54,516 bases of DNA, from NCBI RefSeq assembly GCF_011745625.1, contig NW_027191482.1, forward strand, positions 248,001 to 302,516, given 5' to 3'. Positions 45,604 through 54,516 of the stretch are shown piece after piece. The notes under the pieces are model-generated. The model saw only the letters and a list, made by a program, of their open reading frames with translations. It was not told the origin of the DNA and did no database searches. Position 1 is the stretch's first letter. Each line of letters opens with the position of its first letter. Position numbers and translations under genes: made by a program. Source of the DNA: Cladosporium halotolerans (taxonomy: Eukaryota).

Positions 45604-47047
45604 ATGAGCCAGGATGGTGAGCTGCGTAAGTGCTACACCTCTCTCAATTATCGCAGCAAGCTCACCCCTTCCAGCGCCAGCCTGGTCCAGTATACCGCTG
45701 CATGCCCTCCATGCCGAGATAGTCCGCCGTCAAGAGGCCGGCGAGCGCCCTCCTTGCGGGTCCGGCGCCTCGAAACACAGCTATAACACGCCATTGCACG
45801 TCTTCGCCCTCTTCCTCATCCTCGTCCTGAGTACCGCCGCCTGCTCCTTTCCCGTCATCGTCCGACGGTTCCCGAACCTCCCGGTGCCCAACTATGCACT
45901 CTTCCTCTCACGACATTTCGGTACCGGCGTGTTGATCGCGACTGCTTTCGTGCATCTCTTGCCGACCGCATACACAAGTTTGACGGACCCATGCCTTCCT
46001 CCGTTCTGGACAGATGTCTACCCCGCCATGCCTGGGTTCATCGCCATGGTGAGTGTGCTGGTAGTTGTGGCCATTGAGATGTTCTTTGCGCTCAAGGGTG
46101 CATCACACTCGCACGCGGTGGATTTGACCGGGCTCAGAGAAGAAGGAGGGGGACACATCAAGCGACCTGGTCATGCGCGGTCCGAAAGCTTTCGACCGTT
46201 CAGACAAGTACCACTGGGGCAAGGTATGGATGCGGAGCAAGATGGAGTACCCTTGACGGAACAACGCCGACCCTATGTGGATGAGCCGGCAACACCGGGG
46301 AGCGTTCTGGACAAGCCTCTCCCACCTGAACCACCTCGTGGCTCGGACGACGAAGATTCAGACTTGGACCTTGACGAGCTAGATCCGCAGGCGGACTCTG
46401 ATACTCGACCTTTGAACGGTATGGGTCAGCGTAAGCGCAGTGAATCCGATGGCTCCGATGGTTACCTTCACCCAAATCGCCAAAATGCACACCACAATTA
46501 CACACCGCCCTCCGAGTTCGACACGCCATCCGGCTCCCCTACTGACCCCAACGAGAAACGTCTCATCCTCCAATGCCTGCTTTTAGAAGCCGGCATCCTC
46601 TTCCACAGCGTCTTCATCGGCCTCGCCTTGTCAGTATCCACAGGTCCAGCCTTCATCGTCCTCCTCATAGCGATCTCCTTCCACCAGACATTCGAGGGTT
46701 TGGCCCTTGGCTCTCGTATCGCCGGCGTCTCCTCCTTCTCCACGACGTCTCCAAAGCCTTGGCTCATGAGCTTGATGTACGGCATTACGACACCCATAGG
46801 ACAGGCAATTGGCCTCGGCGTACACGGACTTTACGACCCTGCCAGCCAGGTTGGCCTGCTGACAGTCGGAATTGTCAACGCAGTCAGCAGCGGTCTTCTC
46901 CTGTACGCGGGACTGGTGCAATTGCTCGCAGAGGATTTCTTGAGCGACGCCAGCTACGCGGAATTGCAGGGCAAGCGTAGACTGCAGGCTTGCGGCGCTG
47001 TCGTGGCGGGCAGCATGTTGATGGCGTTTGTAGGAGCTTTTGCATGA
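45604..47047 (+). CDS. ZIP-family zinc/iron transporter; join(45604..45625,45675..47047)
   Basis: RHFGTGVLIATAFVHLLP, LEAGILFHSVFIG, FHQTFEGLALG and TTPIGQAIG motifs. ATG 45604 plus a 49-nt GTAAGT...GCTCAC...CAG intron enters the long ORF in frame. Confidence 0.93.
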
Positions 47048-47469
47048 TTTCATAATCTGTAATTTCACAATCTGGGATAGATGAAGAAATGTCTTTGTAC
47101 AAGTATTCGGGGAGCATTTGACGGATTATGAGTACCTGATCCCCAATCACCTGTATAGAAGACAACGTGATACGAGACCATCCAATTGCATCTTCGTATG
47201 TCGACACCTGCTCGATATTCTTACCCCTAAGCTCTCATATTTCAAGACATCGCGAGATGGAATTCGCCTTTCTCAATTGGCACGCAGGCGTTCGCACACG
47301 TTGCTGAATCAAAACCATTCGCAGCGGCTCCCCTGAGCCCAATGTATATTTCATTTTCTGGGAGCTCCGGGTGCTCCTCAAGGTCCCTCAATCAAGCGCC
47401 AGCGCTAAACCGTTCAAAAAGCCCCATCTATACCCCCGGTTCCCAAGCTCCTTAATCTCTCAAACCCCC

Positions 47470-48047
47470 TCAGGCCGGCCTCCTCCTGACAAACTCCCCC
47501 AAATCCTCCCTCGTCGCAACGCCCAGCACAAACCGCCTCGCCGGATCCGTCACGACCGCGAAGTCCTGCTTCTCGCCGCCGTCTGTCGCGCGGCCCTCGA
47601 AAAACGCCTCCAGCTCCTCCAGCGGCGTCTCCATCGTGATCAGCGCGTACCGCCTCCCCTTGCGCCGGAACTTGACCATCGCGGCCTCGACGCTGTCGGA
47701 CTCGGCGATCGCGCCCGACGCCAGCTGCGCTTTGATCGCGGGCGTCGAGATGTAGCCCAGCAGGGCTTTGGAGCCGGGGTCCACGACGGTCAGGTGCGTG
47801 TAGTCGCGCTCGAAGGCGGAGAAGAGCGCTTGGCCGAGCGGGGTGCGGGGGTGCGTGGAGAGGGCGGGGCCCGGGTCGAGGTCTTCGACTACGGCCTGGG
47901 AAGGGGGGTTAGGATTCTGGGTGTTTGTGGGTGGAGGGGAGCAGAGGAGGTGGGACGCACGCCGCGGTATTTGGAGGACCAGTTTTGGGTTGGGTTGCCG
48001 ACCTCTGAGGGGGCGGGGGTGTTGTCTTTGGGAGGCGGGGTGGGCAT
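47470..48047 (-). CDS. Small CBS-domain protein; complement(join(47470..47895,47961..48047))
   Basis: KYRGA.VEDLDP.PALS, FERDYTHLTV, LLGY.S and FAVVTD..RRFVLGVATREDL.EFV.RRP motifs. Confidence 0.8.
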
Positions 48048-48511
48048 GGTTTTGGTTGTGTGTGGGTATGCAGAGGTGGTTCGGAGGATGTTGTCCTCTG
48101 AGAGAGTAGGAGCCGATTTAACGCTTGTGAGGTCTGTCACATGTGAAGCAATGTCCCAAAGCAGAAGTTGTGAGTGAAAACGCGGGCCAATCACGCTGAG
48201 GTGGGGCGAAGCTTGAGCTCGACGTCACAGGCGGATTGCGGCCATCCTTCGCTCCGGTTATCTCGGCGATACGCCTGTAGGCGAGAGCTGACTCCTCACA
48301 GCTGCAGTCCTTCACCTCCCTTCTTCAACATTGCAGAGCATTGTGAGGTTCATTCAACTTGGTACGTCGTCCAGCAGGACACCTCTCGGGTCCTTCCAGC
48401 TTGGTCCCTCGACCGTCCCTCGAGACCCACCCCCAGCTTCCCGCCCGTAGATCAGCTCCACAGCGTCCAAACGCTAACCGCCGCTAAGTGAACCACAGCA
48501 TCGAGGCCAGA

Positions 48512-50081
48512 ATGCCGTCTCTCTTCCCATCCGCGGCAGACTTGAGTGCCGTCTTCGGCAATGCGACTCCGGCGAGCGCTGAAAAGAGGAGCCCGTCCGT
48601 CCAGGATCGCTTCCAGGTTTGGAGCGTGACTGAGGATGCAGAGCGCAAAGCGAGCGAACTGGGCCGCAGCGCCGCTAAGGAATATGAGAAAGCTTCACAC
48701 TTGGCGCAGGCGAAGGCGGGCAACATTGAGCTGTATAGTGGGAAATACTGTAAGTCCAGGAGCGTCCTGCGATGACTGATTTTGAGCTGCGAGCTCATCA
48801 CTAACACCTGATCTTAGACGCGGTATGTCTTAGTGCTCCATTGACCCTGCATTGGTCCCTGCAGGACGATCAACACTTTCGGTCACTCTCTCTGGCAAAA
48901 ATAGCTCGAGAATATCCCCATTGTTACACCGGAAACACATAGAGACAAAGGCACGTCCATATCACACACAAACCCAGACTTATCAACCCAACACAGGCAT
49001 GCACCTTCGGCGGCCTCCTCGCTTGCGGCCTAACACACTGGGCCGTAACGCCCCTCGACCTCGTCAAATGCCGGCGCCAAGTCGACAGCAAGCTCTACAA
49101 AGGCAACATGGACGGGTGGCGCAAGATCATCGCGGCCGACGGGTACCGCGGGATCTACACGGGCGGGTCGCCGACCTTCTTCGGCTACAGCATCCAGGGC
49201 TCGCTGAAGTACGGCTGCTACGAGTTCTTCAAGAAGTACTACAGCGACCTGGCGGGCCCGGAGAGCGCGGCGAAGAACAAGACGTGGATCTACCTCGCGG
49301 GCTCCGCGAGCGCGGAGTTCTTCGCGGACATCGGGCTGTGCCCGCTCGAGGCCGTCAAGGTGCGCATGCAGACGACCATGCCGCCGTTCGCGAAGGGCAC
49401 CTTCGACGGCATCTCCAAGATCGTCGGCGCGGAGGGCGTCGCTGGGTGAGCAATCGGAACCCCTCCCAACCAAAACCCCTTCAACTAACACCCACCTCCC
49501 CCACACACAGCCTCTACAAAGGCATCTACCCCCTCTGGGGCCGGCAAATCCCCTACACGATGATGAAGTTCGCGTCCTTCGAGACGATCGTCGAAGCCAT
49601 GTACGCGGCGCTGCCGGGCCAGAAAGCCGACTACGGCAAAGGCGCGCAGACGGGCGTGGCCTTCAGCGCGGGCTACCTGGCGGGCATCCTGTGCGCGATC
49701 GTGTCGCACCCGGCGGACGTCATGGTGTCGAAGCTGAACTCGAGCCGCAAGCCTGGCGAGGGCTCCGGCGCGGCGGTGAGCAGGATTTACGGCGAGATTG
49801 GGTTCGGGGGCTTGTGGAATGGGCTGCCTGTTAGGTGAGTTTTGCTTTCCTTCCTTTTTTCCTTCTTTTCTTCGTTCGGCGTCGACGCGGGAGGCGTGCC
49901 AATGTCGTCCTGACTTTTAGCGGAGTGGTTGGGCTGACTGCGACGGGGAAACAGGATCGTCATGATCGGCACGCTGACGGGCTTGCAATGGATGATCTAC
50001 GACTCGTTCAAGATCTTCATGGGCTTGCCGACGACGGGCGGCGGCGCGCCGCCGGCTGAGGAGAAGAAGGCGAAGGCTTGA
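48512..50081 (+). CDS. PIC2: Mitochondrial phosphate carrier (PIC2-like); join(48512..48749,48818..48822,48997..49445,49511..49834,49955..50081)
   Basis: Spliced [60 protein letters not shown] and [13 protein letters not shown] motifs. Confidence 0.92.
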
Positions 50082-50759
50082 GGGAGGTCAGGTGGGTAAG
50101 GCGGCCAGCCGCGTGGTGTCGATGACGAGCTGCCTTTGCTGTTCTTGTTGTTGTTCAAAGAGCTTCGAGACGACGAACGGACTCCGTGTCTTTCCTTTCC
50201 TTTCGCGAATCCAAACCACACAGAGAGTCAAGAATGGGCCAAAGACAAATACGTATCTCGTGGAGGAGTTAGTGAGAGAGAGAAAGATGTTCAGACGCAA
50301 GCCTCGAACAGAGGCCTGCCATTGCGTGTTTGATTTCGAATAACAGAACTTCGCTTTAATTCCCCCCTCCCCCTGCAATCAAATGGAAACCAAAACCAAG
50401 TTAACGCCCTCGCTTGAAAAAAAAATTCAAAAAGGCCATTTCGCTTGGGAAAACAAAAAAAGCAATCCCACCGACTTATTATGTTGGTTGTTGTACTGCC
50501 CACTTTCACCACGGCCGTGCCCTCTCCCTCGCTCTTCTTATTGTAGGAAGTAAGAGAATGTAAGCCCGGGGCCGGCGGAGATATCCTCGCCCGGACGCGC
50601 TGTATCGCTTTGGCAAAAAAGGATTGTATGGGTGGTTTTTTTACAATCCGTTCCGTCGACGGAAAGTTGTAGTAGAGAGGGAGAAGTGCGTGTTGTTGGA
50701 AAAAGATTATACGAGAAGAAGACGAAAAGGGCCGGCGGTCAGACAAGCGTGCTCGCTCC

Positions 50760-51489
50760 TCAGAGCACCAGGGCAAAGCCGCCGAAGAAAGCGCCCGCGA
50801 GCGCCACGAGGCCGAACGCGTGGCCGGCCTCGAGAGCGGCCGCGCGACCGACGCCCGCGCCCTCGGCCGCCGCGCTCTCCTGGGCCTCGCCGCTGCCGCC
50901 GGTGGAAGAGGCGCGGCCAAAGCCGGAGTAGACGGTGCCGCCCTGGGCGTCGGTGGTGGCGCCGGCGTCGGAGGAGCCGGTCTGCGAGGCCGAGGCGGAG
51001 GCGCTCATGGTGCTGCTGATGGTGGAGGAGTTGGGCTTGATGGGGTCCTGGGCGCCGCAGGGGTGGTCCTGGCGGCAGGCGGCGGAGCAGGCGTTGTCGG
51101 TGCCGCAGGCGGTCACGCACTGGTTGCCCCACTCCTGGCAGATGAAGAAGGGGAGGGTCTGCGTGTACTGGGTGACGTTGGGACGGAGGCCGTCGGCGCA
51201 CACGCAGTTGTAGGACAGGCTGTCGGCGTCGCAGGTGTTGGCGGAGGTGGTGGGGGTCTCGGAGGGGGGTTGCAGGCAGATGAGCTGATGGGAGTGTCAG
51301 TGGGGTACTGATGTGACGAGGCAAGATGTGAGGCGAGGGGCTTACAGGGCACTGAGTGAGTTGCTGCTGGCACCAGTATTCTCTGTTGGAGGAGCTGACG
51401 GAGTCGGGCGAGATCTGGTATTGCTCTTGGGCGGAGGCGAGCGAGATGAGGGCGCCAGAGGCGAGGGCGGAGATGGTAAAGGTCTTCAT
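50760..51489 (-). CDS. Secreted Cys-rich, Ser/Thr-rich, probably GPI-anchored cell-surface protein; complement(join(50760..51284,51346..51489))
   Basis: Signal peptide MKTFTISALASGALISLASAQ, a Cys-rich domain (WC..Q..QCPLIC...TLPFFIC..WGNQC...CRQDHPCGAQDP), an S/T/A/G tail and a hydrophobic C-terminus. Confidence 0.85.
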
Positions 51490-52542
51490 GGCGGGTGGAG
51501 GATGTGGGTTGCTTGCTGCGTGAGGGATGCTGGAATGTGAGGATATATTATAAGAGTGGCAACTGCGGTTTGCTATTAGCTTTTGATCCGAGGCAGGGCG
51601 AGGTGTGGAGCCAACGTTGGATTCCAATGGAACGGTGGCTCGACACGGCAGGAGCAATGCTTACCTTTTGGCGAGCAAGGACGGCGATCAGCAGCAGGTG
51701 ATGGAAGCGAATGTGGTGGTGAAGGGGAGAGGAAGCAGGACAGCAGCAAGAAATAGCGGCGGTATCACGAGTAATAGTAGCTAGTGAGAGCTCGGGCGGC
51801 TCTGGCGGGTAACTAGAGCGATGAGACACGGACCATCACGACCGCTGTATTGGGTAGATGGTGGTGTCGAGATAAGTGAACTTACTCAGGGCACGCACAT
51901 GCCACGGGCCCTCCCTGGCCGGCCGGGCGACTGTGACTGCCAACGGCTGGCGTTTGCCACCGCGGGCTCGCGTGCAGCAGCAGCTGACCATGTGAATACG
52001 CGGCTCGCAGGTGATGCCGCCGTCTAGATGCGCGGCGGGGCGTGGGCGGCGGAGGGCAGGCGGAGGGCAGGCTTGGGGTGGTATTGGTATGCGGGCGATG
52101 TTGCCATAGCTCCCGGCACCGCGAGTATTTCGAGCGGCCGGCAGCCGCTAAGCAGCTCCAGATCGCGCTAAGGCTGCAGGCTGCAGAACAGACCGGCAGA
52201 CCCTCGTGCGCGCAGGCGAACGCCCGTCGAACGCCCCCCAGCGCCCCCCGGCTTTCTGCTGAGACACGCCCGAACAAGCCGAGACGCCGTCCGGGGGCGC
52301 GCCTGAGGTGCACTACTGACTGCCTCAGGTGCACTGACTGCCTGCTGTTTTTGCGCATCCTGCTATCGCCCTGCTAACCCTCTTCGTTGTCATCACTATC
52401 GTCCTATTATTCTCACACTGCCGTTGCCACCGCCCGCGCACTCCTGCACGCAGCATCTCCCCGCCCGCCGCTGCCCTCAGCCGCCGTCTCATGCATCTGC
52501 ACGCCCTGACCCCGGTCTGCTGAGAAGCCCCTCACCAAGCCT

Positions 52543-53435
52543 ATGGGGGAGCCGCCGCCACTCCAGCAGCAATGCTCCGCTCCACCGCCCAACGGCCCGG
52601 AGCAGCACCAGCGGCCTGACACCGAGTCTCCAGCCCCCCGCGAGCAGCCTCACATGCAGCCAGATGCGCACGCCCTTGCCGCCGACGGCGCAGGTCGCCA
52701 GCCAGACGCCCCCGTCTTCTGGAGTACGCGTCATGCTCGCTCGTCCTCGTACCATTCCGTCAACCACACTGGTCCGGGCCCCATCCAGCTCGAGGATCAT
52801 TCTGAGGATCAGCATGAGCAGAGCCAGGGTTGCTGGGCCCGCTCCGTGACCGTCGACGATTACACCGTCGTGTCTGGTGCCTCGGGCATCGGTGCTTACG
52901 TCGTGTGGCATTGTACCGTGAGGACATTGAAGGGTGGCGACATGAACATTCGGAAAAGGTACGTGCGTGGGATTTAATTACCCGAATTATTGTTGCAATA
53001 TCCATCCATCAGTCAATCAAAGGGACTGTCGATCACGTTCGATATCCCCTTCCTCACAGAGACCCTCGCCTACGCCTCGTCGGATGTACATTGATACCAA
53101 TAACCCCACCATCAGATACTCCGAATTCGACCGCCTCCGCGACAACCTCCTCAAATCCTTCCCCCACGCCGAAGGCAGCATCCCGCCCCTGCCTCGCAAA
53201 AGCCTCGTCTCCCGCTTCAGACCCAAATTCCTCGAGCACCGCAAGAACGGCCTGAACCACTTCATTAGGTAAGTTAAATCCCCGATCCAATCGACCCCCT
53301 CCCGGCGCTCTCTGAGACTCGTCGTACCACCACCCTGATGTTGCTAACGTGCGGTTCCTGTCTCACCTCAGCTGCATCCTCCTCAACCCGGAATTCGCGG
53401 CCTCGCCTGTTCTGAAAGACTTTGTCTTTGCTTAA
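52543..53435 (+). CDS. PX-domain protein YPT35-like; join(52543..52958,53116..53268,53372..53435)
   Basis: AYVVW.C.V.TLKGG...IRKRYSEF..LR..L..SFP....IPPLP.KS...RFRP.FLE.R..GL..F..CILLNPEF. Confidence 0.88.
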
Positions 53436-54138
53436 TGGTGGTATACCTATGACTGCACGTGGCGGAGATGTAATGTATATACGAATTGTTAATTGTCCCT
53501 CGGTAATCGACTCGACTGCTTGGACTTTGGAGGTCGAACTCTGGTCTGGATGTGGCTGGAATTTTTGACGAGTATATGATGCTGTTTATTGCATTGGTTG
53601 ATCGGTTCTGGTCTTCTGGATCTTACCGTTGACCAATCGGAGAATCATTGGTATCCTCGTCGTCGCCGCATCGATGCGAACCCTGGGTCCGCGTGTACAC
53701 GACAGATGGTATCGGCGATTTATCTTGAACCCAAGTCATTGAGGGCGAAAGAGTCTCTGCGATGGCCCAGAGAGAGGGAAAATAATTGATGGCACATGGG
53801 AAACGGCCTGGCTGTGAATATGCAAGCACACGAACTCAACGATTGGGAAGACTGACAACCGAGCTCGAGTAATAATCGCACTGTAGATGCGTGGCTTTCC
53901 TCCTCCCACTTCTTTGCCGAAATTTTGCGGTTCAGAATCTTGTGTCTGGTCCCTCTGCTGTCATCACCTCTGCTTCGAGCTTGATGCATCATCAGCTAAA
54001 TAAAACCGCAAGTTGCGTGTTCCCTCGAGTGATTCGTGCTCGTATGTTTTTCGCAGAGTCCCGCCTCAAGCCCATCAATTGTAGGCCTCGACGATAGAAC
54101 CCTCTTTCAAAGCATGCTTGCCGGGCAATGCATTCACA

Positions 54139-54516
54139 TCATCGTTCTTCCTCCACCTTCTCCTTCCCTCCCTTCTCTCTCGCACCCTTCTCTCTAGCCC
54201 CAAGCGCCCTCTTCATCATCCCACAGAAACTCTCCCAAAGCGTAAAATCCGTCCCTCGCAACCACCTCAAATCTACCCGACCCTCAGAGCAAACAATCTT
54301 AACGGCCAGCGCGACCTTCTCCTCACCTCCATCCTCAACCCCCACACCACCCTCTTTCGCACCACCCTCCCCATCCACCCCCTCCCTCATCTCCCCAAAC
54401 TTCCTCTTCCTCCTCGCCGCCCGACTCCAAACATTCCCCCCCGCAACCATCAACCCCTCCCCCCTCTCCCCATCCCACTCCCACCTCACCCCCAACCCCC
54501 CCATAACCCCATCAAC
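54139..54516 (-). CDS. 3' end of a probable METTL16/DUF890-family RNA methyltransferase (partial, runs off the window)
   Basis: NVWSRAARRK and RWLRG.D..LWESFCGMMKR resemble the fungal C-terminus of this family. The catalytic domain is not in the window. Confidence 0.55.
   Translation of the reverse strand, partial: VDGVMGGLGVRWEWDGERGEGLMVAGGNVWSRAARRKRKFGEMREGVDGEGGAKEGGVGVEDGGEEKVALAVKIVCSEGRVDLRWLRGTDFTLWESFCGMMKRALGAREKGAREKGGKEKVEEER

Noticed and set aside
45604..45786. Overlapping uORF regulating the ZIP transporter
   Set aside because: ATG 45604 is better explained as the true start, joined in frame to the main ORF by a canonical 49-nt intron (45626-45674).
52301..52343. Short imperfect direct repeat (cctNaggtgcact...gactg x2) upstream of the YPT35-like gene
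   Set aside because: Two copies only, consistent with simple slippage; no evidence of function.

Overview
Gene-dense (about 25 genes in 54.5 kb), GC-rich eukaryotic window from a filamentous ascomycete. Short GT-AG introns with CTRAC-type branch sites and the gene set suggest a Dothideomycete; this is an inference. The content is mostly housekeeping: SVL3/PAM1-like ketopantoate-reductase-fold protein, SHB17-like phosphatase, SUB2, Rpr2-like RNase P/MRP subunit, DUF1295, DUF3807-like, lipocalin-like, TFIIS, CaMK, O-fucosyltransferase-like, PAS hybrid histidine kinase, PFA4, SAM methyltransferase, Nup53-like, ValRS, TVP23, ANCHR-like, RFC2, DSC4-like, MFS permease, ZIP transporter, CBS-domain protein, mitochondrial phosphate carrier, GPI-anchored protein, YPT35-like and the 3' end of a METTL16-like gene. 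I saw no tRNA, rRNA, CRISPR array or recognisable transposase. The most interesting signals are post-transcriptional: a 457-nt SUB2 intron that folds into a nested multi-stem RNA, a near-perfect long hairpin in the TFIIS intron just before the catalytic zinc ribbon, a probable non-AUG-initiated mitochondrial ValRS isoform, and a 5-nt microexon in the phosphate carrier. Also notable are a 27-bp minisatellite ahead of an orphan gene and recurrent strand-symmetric C-to-G skew islands. All exon boundaries were read by eye and family calls come from motif recognition, not database searches.
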